A stretch of DNA of 64,000 nucleotides. Source: Puniceicoccaceae bacterium (lineage in GTDB: Bacteria > Verrucomicrobiota > Verrucomicrobiia > Opitutales > Oceanipulchritudinaceae). Below the pieces are notes generated by a model. That model was given only the letters and a program-made list of their open reading frames with translations. It was not told where the DNA came from and did not search any database. Below are positions 32,374 through 42,156 of the stretch, piece after piece; the first letter of the stretch is position 1; each line of letters starts with the position of its first letter. Location: contig JBFOMH010000017.1 of assembly GCA_040830765.1 (NCBI GenBank), forward strand, positions 1-64,000, given 5' to 3'. The position numbers and the translations under genes were made by a program.

Positions 32374-32894
32374 GGCTCTACGAAACCTACTTTGAGATAG
32401 AGGAGCTTTGGCAAGGGGTTGAAGATATCCTCATTGGTGAAGTGACCGAGGGCCCAGACGGCCTTCCAGTAACCGGCGACATGGCCCTTGATTGGATCGA
32501 GGATGCCCTTTCCCGAGTAGAGGAGGAGCGTGACGAGAAAGCCCTAAATATTGCCTGCCTGATCAAGAATTTCCGGGCGGATGCAGAAGCCCTGAAACTT
32601 GAGAAAGTGAGATTGGCGAAAAGGCAGCAGGCCGCTGAGAAAACAATTGAGCGCCTGACCCGGTACCTTGAGCAATTCCTTGATTCAGGGCTCAAGCTGA
32701 AGGATTCACGGGCCACCATTGGATGGCGCCGCTCCCAGAGGATTGTCCTGTCAGTTCCGGCGGAGGAGCTACCGGATGAATATGTCCGGATTAAGCGCGA
32801 AGCGAATCTCTCCCTGATCAAGGAGGACATCAAGGAAGGTGATGAAGTTCCCGGGGCCATCCTCGAGGAGCGCCAGAACATCCAGATTCGTTGA
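32370..32894 (+). CDS. Siphovirus Gp157-like protein
   Basis: KALNIACLIKN..E..RL, LPDEY..IKEDIKEG.EVPGA; typical Sak4 neighbour. Confidence 0.8.
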   Translation: MRLYETYFEIEELWQGVEDILIGEVTEGPDGLPVTGDMALDWIEDALSRVEEERDEKALNIACLIKNFRADAEALKLEKVRLAKRQQAAEKTIERLTRYLEQFLDSGLKLKDSRATIGWRRSQRIVLSVPAEELPDEYVRIKREANLSLIKEDIKEGDEVPGAILEERQNIQIR

Positions 32895-32898
32895 CCAG

Positions 32899-33084
32899 AT
32901 GAAAGTCAATGGAACCACACGAGCCATCCTCCGGCGTAAAGTTACCCGACGGCAATGGCGAATCATCGAGTTGCGCCCACCGCACCTCCGTTTAACCGCC
33001 CTTTGGCGGACCTTAAGATACAACGACACCAGTTGGTACGACTGGGACCTCAAAGAATTAATAACAACCGAAGAAGAAATATAA
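32899..33084 (+). CDS. Small hypothetical phage protein
   Basis: Fills the gap between the Gp157 and DUF3127 genes with tight spacing. Confidence 0.4.
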   Translation: MKVNGTTRAILRRKVTRRQWRIIELRPPHLRLTALWRTLRYNDTSWYDWDLKELITTEEEI

Positions 33085-33086
33085 TC

Positions 33087-33452
33087 ATGTCAGACATACT
33101 AACGATTACCGGTACATTGCTTGAAATCTACCCGGAACAAACATTCCCCAGCGGATTCTCGAAACGTGAATTCGTCGTCCAGACCGACGGCCGCTATCCC
33201 CAGCCCGTCAAATTCGAACTAACCAAGGACAGGTGTTCGCGCCTGGATACATTCCAGGTAGGTGATCCTGTGAAGGTGAACTTCGATGTGCGGGGCAACG
33301 AATACGAGGGACGTTACTTCGTGAACCTTGTCTGCTGGAAAATCTCTCCCCGTGACGAGATGCATGCAGCAGCCAACGCCGGACAACCAGCCCCCGCGCA
33401 GGGAGGTAGATTCGATTCAGGAGTGTATGAAGATGATGAGGTACCCTATTGA
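33087..33452 (+). CDS. DUF3127 protein, probable single-stranded DNA-binding protein
   Basis: FSKREFVV..YPQPVKFE..VNFDVRGNEY..WKI; acidic tail DDEVPY. Confidence 0.8.
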   Translation: MSDILTITGTLLEIYPEQTFPSGFSKREFVVQTDGRYPQPVKFELTKDRCSRLDTFQVGDPVKVNFDVRGNEYEGRYFVNLVCWKISPRDEMHAAANAGQPAPAQGGRFDSGVYEDDEVPY

Positions 33453-34443
33453 GCGTATCAATAAATCACTACAAGCACGAATAGGAGATTGGGTGAAAGT
33501 CCTTCTGCCAGGAGCAAAGCTATCAGGTTCACACTACCGGGCCGGTTCGGTCCGGGGTGAGCCGGGTACAAGTCTGGTCATAGATGCCTCTACAGGTATC
33601 TGGTTTGACCATGCTACCGGGCAGAAGGGCGATCCCCTTGCCCTGATCATGGCTGCAAAGGAAATCCCGTTTCCGAGGGCTGTGAGCTGGGCACTGGATT
33701 GCCTGGAGGGGAAACTCTATGTCGAACCGGTTAAACCTGTTCCGAAATGGACAACTATCCGTCCCCTGAACAGGTATAACTGGTACGACCTGAGTAAGCC
33801 TGATGAAAGGGCTTTGATGCAGATTTGCCGGAACTTGCGCATTGGACTGGAGGGACTGCGTCTGGCGGTCAGTAGGGGGCTTCTCTGGTCATCCGGTGAC
33901 CTCATCTCAATCACCGATTTGGCACGGGTGGCCCGGGCGGACAGGAACCGGGATGGAACTCCAGTTCAGTTGTCCAACGGCTCGAAAACAAAATCCCGGT
34001 CATTGGGGAGGGCCAACTGGCCAATTGGTGCAGCCAACATCGGTGATCGATCGACCGTTATCCTGACGGAGGGATTCTCGGACTTTCTGGCAGGACACCA
34101 CCTGCTTGTGTCTGAAGGAGTACAGAAGCATGTGTCCGTATGTGCCATGTTGGGAGCTTCAATGAGGATCCATCCCCAGGCGCTTGATTACTTTGGCGGG
34201 AAGTCGGTTTTGATATTCTGCGATGCGGACAATCCCGGGATGAGGGGTGCAAAACGCTGGCTCGACCAGTTAAATGAGCACTGTCGCAATGTCACAATAT
34301 ACAGTTTCGAGGGCCTACGTCGCGACGATGGCGAACCCGTCAATGACCTGCGGGATTTCCTGCGGGTATATGTCGATGACTGGGAAGCGGATCCCGAAGT
34401 CTCCATGCCGGTAACCAGTTTTTTGGAAAGGACTACTCTATGA
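33433..34443 (+). CDS. Phage primase-like TOPRIM protein
   Basis: GSVRGEPGTSL..WFDHATGQKGD N-domain; ILTEGFSD and IFCDADNPG TOPRIM motifs. Confidence 0.75.
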   Translation: MMRYPIERINKSLQARIGDWVKVLLPGAKLSGSHYRAGSVRGEPGTSLVIDASTGIWFDHATGQKGDPLALIMAAKEIPFPRAVSWALDCLEGKLYVEPVKPVPKWTTIRPLNRYNWYDLSKPDERALMQICRNLRIGLEGLRLAVSRGLLWSSGDLISITDLARVARADRNRDGTPVQLSNGSKTKSRSLGRANWPIGAANIGDRSTVILTEGFSDFLAGHHLLVSEGVQKHVSVCAMLGASMRIHPQALDYFGGKSVLIFCDADNPGMRGAKRWLDQLNEHCRNVTIYSFEGLRRDDGEPVNDLRDFLRVYVDDWEADPEVSMPVTSFLERTTL

Positions 34444-35564
34444 GCCGGTTTCTGGATGACATAGAGCCGGAGCAGCCTAAACAAAAGGTAGGTGATCCCT
34501 GGAATGGTCTGCCGCCGCCAAGGCAATGGAATGACATTGAGGCGGATCTGGATGCCGGAAAGATCAAACCGCCGGAGGAGATAATCAAGGGCCTGCTGTT
34601 TCGTGGAGGAAAGATGCTTCTTCCTGCACCATCGAAGGCCAGGAAGACTTGGATGCTGCTTCATTTAGCCGCCTGCGTTTGCAGTGGTCAGCCATGGCTT
34701 GGATTTGAGACCAAGCGTTGTCCCGTGCTGTATCTCGACCTTGAGCTGCTCCTCCACGAGGCACCGGCCCGGGAGAAGTTAATCAAGGAGGCTGCGAAAT
34801 TTTGGAACCTCTCCGATTTGCACATTCAGCAGCTGCGTGGTCACAAGCTCAACATGGATCGGATCAAGGAGGCACTGATTGCATATTGCCGTGAACATGG
34901 CATCGGCCTTTTGATCATTGATCCTTGGTACAAGCTTTCCGGTGGTGCCGACGAAATTGGAACTGAGGGTGTGGCTGACCTGATGGCTGAGCTGGAAGAG
35001 ATTGCCCGCGAAGCCAATTGTGCGGTCGCAATCAGCCACCATTTCACAAAGGGGGACAGCTCCCAGAAGAGTGTGATCGATTTGGCAAGTGGATCCGGCG
35101 TGTTCGGACGCGATCCTGACCTGATTTGCGGGATGCGCGAGTTGGCTGATTCAACCGAGGAGGAACCGCTCGTTAAAATGGAATTTGTCGCCCGCTCATT
35201 CAAACCGGTCAGGCCCATCGGCCTTAGATGGAAGTTTCCACTCTGGGTGCGTGATGACCGCCTTGATCTCAAACTCAAGATTCCTGGTTCAGTTGGTAGG
35301 CCGAAGGAGAATCATGTCGAAGACATCATGGAAGTTCTCGGAGATATGGAGCTTGCGGTCTCCGATTGGCAGGACCTTTGCCATGCTAAAAAAGGCACTC
35401 CAGCACGCACTTTTCGTGATTTGAAGGCGACAGCTAAAATTGAAGGCCGGTTCACTGAACGCAAGGAAGGTAGGACAGTGTATTGCAAGGCAACAGTGGC
35501 AGAAACGCTTCCTCCAATATCCGCCACTATTAAATCGCACCAAATGGGGCTTTCAGAGCAATGA
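34440..35564 (+). CDS. AAA_25 / RepA-like replicative helicase
   Basis: APSKARKT, LYLDLE, LIIDP, SHHFTKG, SGSGVFGRDPD. Confidence 0.85.
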   Translation: MSRFLDDIEPEQPKQKVGDPWNGLPPPRQWNDIEADLDAGKIKPPEEIIKGLLFRGGKMLLPAPSKARKTWMLLHLAACVCSGQPWLGFETKRCPVLYLDLELLLHEAPAREKLIKEAAKFWNLSDLHIQQLRGHKLNMDRIKEALIAYCREHGIGLLIIDPWYKLSGGADEIGTEGVADLMAELEEIAREANCAVAISHHFTKGDSSQKSVIDLASGSGVFGRDPDLICGMRELADSTEEEPLVKMEFVARSFKPVRPIGLRWKFPLWVRDDRLDLKLKIPGSVGRPKENHVEDIMEVLGDMELAVSDWQDLCHAKKGTPARTFRDLKATAKIEGRFTERKEGRTVYCKATVAETLPPISATIKSHQMGLSEQ

Positions 35565-35752
35565 TGGCATATAGGCAAAAACTAAAAATCAATTTCCGCC
35601 ACCTTCGGAAAACAAGCTCCATAGGGTGGGAAGCGCGCGCAGCAATGGCGCTTCCACACCTGCTTGTTGGCAATAGTGGCAAAAAGGCGAAAACCCCCTT
35701 TAGGGGGTAATTTCTGCCACTATCCGAAATAGACCAATTTTCACTACATTCA

Positions 35753-36271
35753 ATGAACCAGAAATTTAAACCATACACAGTCCGTCGAACACCTGTCCGT
35801 CTTACAGAGATTGAACCGGTTGTCCTGGTCGATACCCGTGAGCAGACGCCACTGAAGTTTACCAGGCTAAGATCCGAACAGGCCACCCTGACAACGGGTG
35901 ACTATTCCTTCGCTGGTGGGGAGAACCAGTTGTGCATCGAACGAAAAAGCATTCCCGACCTTGTCGCCTGCTGCATGGGTAAAAATCGGGATCGATTCTT
36001 CCGTGAACTGCATCGTATGCGCGGCTTTGATTTTGCACGGCTGCTGGTTATCGGCACCCGCGATGAAATTAAGACCGGACAGTATCGCAGTGCAATTCGT
36101 CCAAGTAGTGTTCTGGCAACCCTCTCCACTATAGAGGCGCGTTTCAATGTTCCTATCGTATTCCAGCCCGATCCATTCCAGGCAGCCTGGCAGGTCGAAG
36201 AATGGGTCTGGTGGTACGCCAGGGAGCTGATCTTCAACACCAACAAACTTCTTCCCTCCAGAAAACAATGA
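35753..36271 (+). CDS. ERCC4-domain nuclease (resolvase-like)
   Basis: VDTREQ, GDYS, IERKS. Confidence 0.88.
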   Translation: MNQKFKPYTVRRTPVRLTEIEPVVLVDTREQTPLKFTRLRSEQATLTTGDYSFAGGENQLCIERKSIPDLVACCMGKNRDRFFRELHRMRGFDFARLLVIGTRDEIKTGQYRSAIRPSSVLATLSTIEARFNVPIVFQPDPFQAAWQVEEWVWWYARELIFNTNKLLPSRKQ

Positions 36272-36813
36272 GTAACTATTCCGATACACAATCCACACGA
36301 AATTCCGAATACAAGAACGCCTATGCTGAATGGGTAGCTGGACTTACGCAGAAAAGGAGAAGGGAGCTGGAGGAGCAGGGCTTGTTGGAGCCGCAGGTTG
36401 ATCCATTCCATATCGGTAAACCCAAGGATGTTTCCGAGTTACCCATAGCTGCACCAAAGGAACCTGATGAAGCTATCCAGCAGGATGAAAGCGACCGGGT
36501 GTGGGATGCCCTTCGGCATCTCGTCGCCTATCTGCTTTCACGACCCAATCCGCAGCTCTCTGTTGAGTGTCTTGCAGTGGTAACTGGTCTCGGCTTTATG
36601 GGCGATTCAATGACTGCCATCGCCAAGCGCCATGGGATCACCCGTGCCGCTGTATCGAAGAGGTGCATCCAGATAACCGAGCAACTCCATCTACTGCCAT
36701 CCAGGGCTATGCGTTCGTTGACAGCACGTAAGGCGTATCGAAAAGCCCAGCACAAACATTATGAACACCGAGAACGCTTTGATAATCGACGGCGCGCACG
36801 TCCAGGTAACTGA
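36268..36813 (+). CDS. HTH protein resembling sigma70 region 4
   Basis: GDSMTAIAKRHGITRAAVSKRCIQITEQL. Confidence 0.55.
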   Translation: MSNYSDTQSTRNSEYKNAYAEWVAGLTQKRRRELEEQGLLEPQVDPFHIGKPKDVSELPIAAPKEPDEAIQQDESDRVWDALRHLVAYLLSRPNPQLSVECLAVVTGLGFMGDSMTAIAKRHGITRAAVSKRCIQITEQLHLLPSRAMRSLTARKAYRKAQHKHYEHRERFDNRRRARPGN

Positions 36814-37453
36814 AATCGGCCTCCGCTTTGATGGGGAGATCAGTTTCGAGCAATGGCTTGAAATTGGTCGTAAGGTCGGCCGGGTTGCCCGAACCTCCCT
36901 CTTCCTTGTGGGCGACTGGCTCAACTATGGCCAGGATCGGTGGAATGGTGGTGAGCGGTTCGAGAAGATGGCCGAAGATCTGCGCGAGCGTTACGAGTCG
37001 GCCATGGCTGAGACTGGACTAGAGATGCGATCCTTGATGAATGCCGCCTACGTCGCACGGAATGTTCCGCAAGACCACCGCCGGCCACATTTGACCTTTG
37101 AACATCACACAGCGGTCGCAAGGGTTAAGGACAAGGAGGAGCGTCGTCAATGGCTCGCAAAGGCGGACAAACACGACATGTCCACACGGCGCCTACGCAA
37201 ATCTATCAATCTTGGTCGGGTTGCCACCGAAGCAGAAATGCAACCGGACCCGAAGACCACAGGCATCGACAACCACCTTTCTTGGATTGATGGCCTGATG
37301 CGCTGGTGGAAGCGTTTTGAACGCTCAGATTGGATGGCAGATGCATCCAGGGAAATGATCGAGGAAATGCTGTCTGACTTTCGGGATGTCCAGGCGATCA
37401 TTGCTTATCTGGAGGAGGAAGCGCAAAACCGTGAGCCGATAATCGAGGTTTAG
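36761..37453 (+). CDS. LmbU-like transcriptional regulator
   Basis: SFEQWLEIG..FLVGDWLNYG..VARNVP..RRPHLTFEHHTAVA..WLAKA..STRRLR. Confidence 0.65.
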   Translation: MNTENALIIDGAHVQVTEIGLRFDGEISFEQWLEIGRKVGRVARTSLFLVGDWLNYGQDRWNGGERFEKMAEDLRERYESAMAETGLEMRSLMNAAYVARNVPQDHRRPHLTFEHHTAVARVKDKEERRQWLAKADKHDMSTRRLRKSINLGRVATEAEMQPDPKTTGIDNHLSWIDGLMRWWKRFERSDWMADASREMIEEMLSDFRDVQAIIAYLEEEAQNREPIIEV

Positions 37454-37454
37454 T

Positions 37455-37487
37455 GCCACTTTTGTCGTGTTTTGTCGTGTTTTGTCG
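37455..37487 (-). repeat. Inverted copy of the CACGACAAAA x3 + GTGGC repeat
   Basis: gccacttttgtcgtgttttgtcgtgttttgtcg. Confidence 0.9.
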
Positions 37488-37827
37488 ACTCATGGCGCCA
37501 TGAATCGAGGAGATTTCTAAGGAATCTATTAGAACCATTGCCTCAGGTAGGGTCCCTCAGAAGACCGGTCGATTTAAGAGACATCCGGATTTTTTCATTT
37601 CCCACAAAATTACATACCTGAAAAAGACCAGTTCCCTGATTAATTGAGAAATCCAGATGGCTGTGAGATACTGGAAAGTGGGAAATCATCATCACCCCTT
37701 ACATTCAGTCATTCCAAATCTCTTAGAGAATTTTGAATTACTTGCATTTATGAAGAGTGTACTTATTTCTCTTCCCTGAAACAGAACTTCGAAGTCCTAC
37801 TATAAAACAGTCGGATATACGTGGGCG

Positions 37828-38328
37828 ATGATTGGGCTAAAAAGAGGAACATTAAAGTTGCTTCCCTATGATAAGCATTGGGAGAAAGAATATTTGTCCG
37901 AAGCAGCACGATTGGAATCAAACTTGGAAAATAACATTCTGCGAATTGCTCATATCGGAAGTACATCTATTCCAGGAATACGTTCTAAGCCCGTGATTGA
38001 TATCGCAATGGAGGTTGCAGACCTATCGCAAACACGAAAATTATTAGAAAAACTTGGATATGAGTATCTGGGGGATCGAAGATCCGACGGTGACCATTTT
38101 TTCGCGAAAGGTCCTGACGAAAATAGAACCCATTACATGCATGTTTCAACTATTGAGAATTCCCGATTCGACAAGTATGTAAGATTTCGAGATTCGCTGC
38201 GAAACAACAAAGATTTAGCACAAAAGTATGACCAACTTAAATCCGACCTAATGAACAAATATAAACAAGATCGAGAAAGATATACGGCAGCGAAATCAAA
38301 TTTTATTAATGAGGTTATTAGATCATGA
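37828..38328 (+). CDS. GrpB family nucleotidyltransferase-fold protein
   Basis: HIGSTSIPG..KPVIDI, FRDSLR, Y..LK, YT..K. Confidence 0.9.
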   Translation: MIGLKRGTLKLLPYDKHWEKEYLSEAARLESNLENNILRIAHIGSTSIPGIRSKPVIDIAMEVADLSQTRKLLEKLGYEYLGDRRSDGDHFFAKGPDENRTHYMHVSTIENSRFDKYVRFRDSLRNNKDLAQKYDQLKSDLMNKYKQDRERYTAAKSNFINEVIRS

Positions 38329-38384
38329 TCCAACCAGTCGATGTAGGTGTCGTACCTCAGCTTTAACTTTGTCCATCAAACACT

Positions 38385-38864
38385 ATGTTACCCGAAGTAC
38401 CTGAAGAAAAGAACTTAGTTCTAGTACAGGAGAGCCAGAAAGAATTCTGGCTTTATCCTCGGGCAGCTGAGAATTGGATAAAAATGCAAAAAACCGCGAG
38501 AGAAGAAGGAATCGTTCTAAAGATTATCTCAGCTTATCGAAGCATTGAGCGTCAGGAAAAGATCGTGGAGGCTAAAAGAAAAAAGGGGTTATCGGAGGAA
38601 GAGATTTTTCGATTCAGCGCACCACCTGGCTTCAGTGAACACCATTCTGGACGAGCAATAGACATTACTACTGATGGAGTGACTCCTCTGGAAGAAGAGT
38701 TTGAAAAAACCAAAGCGTTTAAGTGGCTAACGCAAAACGCTAGCAGGTTCTCATTTAGGATGAGCTATCCCAGAAAAAATGAATACGGTTTGGGGTACGA
38801 ACCTTGGCATTGGGTATACTTTGAATTAACACAACCAGTTACCGAAAATGACGATCCCTATTGA
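38385..38864 (+). CDS. M15 D-Ala-D-Ala carboxypeptidase (VanY-like)
   Basis: SAYRS..RQ, APPGFSEHHSGRAID, YEPWHW. Confidence 0.9.
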   Translation: MLPEVPEEKNLVLVQESQKEFWLYPRAAENWIKMQKTAREEGIVLKIISAYRSIERQEKIVEAKRKKGLSEEEIFRFSAPPGFSEHHSGRAIDITTDGVTPLEEEFEKTKAFKWLTQNASRFSFRMSYPRKNEYGLGYEPWHWVYFELTQPVTENDDPY

Positions 38865-38899
38865 AGTCGACCGGCACTTTAGACTTAACGGTATCTAAA

Positions 38900-39523
38900 A
38901 TGAATCAGAGAGATCTATCCATTGAAATCACCAACGCACTGATCGCTTCAGCTGCGTTTGAAACAGTAGAATTAAGGGGAAGTCTTAACGGCGGAAAGAT
39001 CGATTCATTCTCCGACATAGATATCGAGGTTTCGAACAACCAGCGAGCCGCGACAGACAACGTCCATGTAGCCATAGAGGTCTTAAGGGAAAGGAAAAAG
39101 ATATTACTAATCGATTGGGCTACATCACTTCTTCCGGATCAAAGCATAGCGTCGATCTACTTGTCAGGATATTCGGTTTTCTGGAACGTGGACATATCGT
39201 GTAGAGCCAATCAACACGTCAAGGCTCCGGAAAATGCAATCATACAAGAGAAGAATGGTCATATATTGAAGCTCTGGATACTAAATGCTAAGTACGTTCT
39301 AAGATCCAATACTGAAAAATGCACCTTAGACGGACTTTTTAGGAGATTATTCCCTGAAGAAAATTTATCCGGCACCCAACAAGCGAAGCTAATTCGGATT
39401 TGGAGAAGTATAGATCGCGAAGCAATAGATTCAGAGCTGGTCGATCAATGCGAAGATCTGATCGAAGAACATGGCTGGAATGAATGCTTCGATAACCAGG
39501 CGAGCGAGGCTACTGCCTATTGA
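38900..39523 (+). CDS. Nucleotidyltransferase-domain protein
   Basis: LRGSL..IDSFSDIDI motif. Confidence 0.65.
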   Translation: MNQRDLSIEITNALIASAAFETVELRGSLNGGKIDSFSDIDIEVSNNQRAATDNVHVAIEVLRERKKILLIDWATSLLPDQSIASIYLSGYSVFWNVDISCRANQHVKAPENAIIQEKNGHILKLWILNAKYVLRSNTEKCTLDGLFRRLFPEENLSGTQQAKLIRIWRSIDREAIDSELVDQCEDLIEEHGWNECFDNQASEATAY

Positions 39524-39539
39524 CGGTATGCTACAAAAG

Positions 39540-40208
39540 ATGAACAGTGAAAAGATCTCCGAAGAGTATTGGAGTAAGATTCCGCACGAGAACCTTCCTC
39601 ATTTTGCAAGTAAGGAAAAGACCCAGGCCGAAGTAGCGTTTCTCAAAAAGTATTTACCTGTAAACTCGCGTGTTCTTGATCTAGGCTGCGGGTGGGGGCG
39701 AGTTGCTGCTGCCTTAGCGTACGAGGGTTATTCTGTAAGAGGGATTGATTTGTCACCACATCTTGTGGAACTCGCTCGCAAAAATGCTCCTCAAGAATTA
39801 AAGATTTCATACTCGACTGGCAGTCTGTTAGACATCCCTTGCCGCGACAGCTCCTTCGATTGTGTTGTTTGCCTGTGGGGAACATTTAATCACTTGCTTT
39901 CTCCTGATGAACAACTCACAGGATTGAACGAGATCTTTCGCGTGTTGTGCTTAGGTGGAGTCGCCATCCTTGAGATGAGCAACGGAGAATCGAAAGCAAA
40001 TAGAATTAATCGCCAGAAACTGGGGTTTGGTCATCAGAACCGTGTATTCGAATTACGTTACAAGCCTAAGAGTCCACCCAATACGATTTACATTCACGAT
40101 AGAAAGACCCTTGATGGGCTAGGGCATGCTTCTGATTTCTTAGACTATTCCGTAGGATTCAAAACTATCTTTGGAAAGAGAAGGCTTGTAGCTTTTCTCA
40201 AGAAATAG
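39540..40208 (+). CDS. Class I SAM-dependent methyltransferase
   Basis: VLDLGCGWG, GIDLS, SFDCVV. Confidence 0.88.
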   Translation: MNSEKISEEYWSKIPHENLPHFASKEKTQAEVAFLKKYLPVNSRVLDLGCGWGRVAAALAYEGYSVRGIDLSPHLVELARKNAPQELKISYSTGSLLDIPCRDSSFDCVVCLWGTFNHLLSPDEQLTGLNEIFRVLCLGGVAILEMSNGESKANRINRQKLGFGHQNRVFELRYKPKSPPNTIYIHDRKTLDGLGHASDFLDYSVGFKTIFGKRRLVAFLKK

Positions 40209-40264
40209 GTATAACCAGTCGCTGATGTCGCTCGTATCGGCCCTTCAGTTTTAACGTCAATAAA

Positions 40265-40918
40265 ATGAATAGCCCCTTAAGCAGTTCACTTGAAAACATG
40301 TATTGGATTGGTGGAACCAGTGGTTCCGCGAAATCCACCATCGCACGCCGAATAGCTGCAGAACATGACATGCTCTTATATTCCACAGATGAGGTTATGG
40401 GAAATCATGCGAATCGTTGTACTAGGGAGGAATGCCCATTACTGGAAGAATTCAAGCAGATGACGATGGATGAGCGGTGGGCAACTCGCACACCGGAAGC
40501 CATGTTCGAAACCTTCCAATGGTTTCATGGTGAAGGATTTAATCTCATAATCGAAGATTTGCTCGAATTACCCAGTGACCGGAAAGTAATCGTTGAGGGA
40601 TTTCGATTGCTTCCAAATCTCGTGAAGCCCCTGCTCAAAAAAACATGCCAGGCAGTGTGGCTTATTTCTACTCCGGAATTCCGATTCAAGGCGTTCAATG
40701 AACGGGGCACGCTACGCGATATCCCGGACAAGACATCAAATCCTGAGAAAGCGCTTCAGAACCACCTGGAGCGGGAGTCTCTGTTTATGCAGCATCTCAT
40801 TGAAGAGACGAGGACTGAAGGTGTCACGGCCTTAACGGTTGATGGGAGTTTTTCAGAAGAAGAGTTACTGAAAAGAGTTTCTACACATTTTGAAATAGGA
40901 CAACCAAACAAAGCTTAA
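40265..40918 (+). CDS. P-loop small-molecule kinase-like protein
   Basis: WIGGTSGSAKST, YSTD, IVEG. Confidence 0.7.
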   Translation: MNSPLSSSLENMYWIGGTSGSAKSTIARRIAAEHDMLLYSTDEVMGNHANRCTREECPLLEEFKQMTMDERWATRTPEAMFETFQWFHGEGFNLIIEDLLELPSDRKVIVEGFRLLPNLVKPLLKKTCQAVWLISTPEFRFKAFNERGTLRDIPDKTSNPEKALQNHLERESLFMQHLIEETRTEGVTALTVDGSFSEEELLKRVSTHFEIGQPNKA

Positions 40919-40980
40919 ACAAAACCACGCCGGTCATCCGATAGTGTCATGTCCAACATTAACTTACTGAATAATAATCA

Positions 40981-41451
40981 ATGAAAAAGGAGTATCCGAC
41001 ATTAATTCACGAAAGAGTTGCTCTTGCCAGGGAGGGAAAGAACAAAACTGTAATCGCCAGAGTTCCTTCTGGCTGGGTTGTTCTGGGTGATGATCAAAGA
41101 TTAAAAGGTTATTCTCTGCTTCTCTCTGATCCCGTCGCCGACAATTTGAACGACTTGGGTGAAGAAGAAAGAAAGCAGTTTATGTGGGATATGTCCGCCG
41201 TTGGGGATTCTCTGATGACTGTGTTAAATCCATCGATTATCAATTATTCAATTTTAGGCAACTTGGACAGGGCGTTGCATGTTCACATTCATCCCCGATA
41301 TGATGAAGAGGAGGAGGATAAGAGAAGAAACACTCCACTGGTATATTGGTGGCTGAAAATGCCAGTTATACCTTTTGATTTCGAAAGAGACTCAAGTTTA
41401 ATGAAGCAGATCAAGGAAGAGCTTTCGAAGAGAACAACGATTATTTCATGA
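40981..41451 (+). CDS. HIT family hydrolase
   Basis: INYSILGN..LHVHIHPRY. Confidence 0.85.
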   Translation: MKKEYPTLIHERVALAREGKNKTVIARVPSGWVVLGDDQRLKGYSLLLSDPVADNLNDLGEEERKQFMWDMSAVGDSLMTVLNPSIINYSILGNLDRALHVHIHPRYDEEEEDKRRNTPLVYWWLKMPVIPFDFERDSSLMKQIKEELSKRTTIIS

Positions 41452-41978
41452 AAATATTGGATAAAGTTGGCTTGTTTATAGCATCTGGCGGCAGTGGTGA
41501 TCCCAACTCGCCAAAAATAAAATGCTTGTCGAATGTTGCAGTGCAGAAAGGTATTGAATACATCCTCCCTGATTGGCGTTACTTGCCCTGTGACCCAGAG
41601 CCTAGATTGAAAGACTTAGAGGAGAGAACTGATCAGAAATTTGAAAGTCTAGTATTAGCTGGATCGAGCTTAGGCGGCTATGTTTGTTCCGTTTACGCAC
41701 ATAAGAGAAAAGTTGATGGACTATTCCTCCTAACCCCTATCCTCGGTAAAGACGGCTACAAGGATGACTCTCCAAAACCGATGTCCGAAGATACGGTTAT
41801 AATAGCAGCCTCAGAGGATGAATACACAAACGCCAAAGATGTAATCGCGTTTGCAAAAACAATTAATGCATCTCTGCACCTGCTATCGGGCAACCATTCT
41901 TTAGAGAATCATTCAGAATTCATAGCTCGTGAATTCGGTGCATTTATTGATAGAATTAAAAGCAGGAAAACCTTTTAA
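41448..41978 (+). CDS. Alpha/beta hydrolase
   Basis: LAGSSLGG, D and GNHSL triad candidates. Confidence 0.8.
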   Translation: MKILDKVGLFIASGGSGDPNSPKIKCLSNVAVQKGIEYILPDWRYLPCDPEPRLKDLEERTDQKFESLVLAGSSLGGYVCSVYAHKRKVDGLFLLTPILGKDGYKDDSPKPMSEDTVIIAASEDEYTNAKDVIAFAKTINASLHLLSGNHSLENHSEFIAREFGAFIDRIKSRKTF

Positions 41979-42156
41979 ATATAAATGAAGCCCCTCACTA
42001 AAGCTCTCTCAGGTTGATTTCTCGATTCAAGAACAAAGTGTAGTTATGCATTCGCGACAGAAAGACGGATTAGATCTTTAATTTTGTCGCCGATCTGCCA
42101 GAGTGATAACATGGGAACGGACCCCATAGTTAAGAACTCCAACAGAAAGGAAAATC

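Noticed and set aside
31372..36723. TTGACA at 31372 and 36718
   Set aside because: No start codon 13-14 nt downstream; treated as background.
38385..38864. M15 peptidase as the phage endolysin
   Set aside because: It lies within the cassette array with attC-like junctions, has no adjacent holin and is VanY-like.
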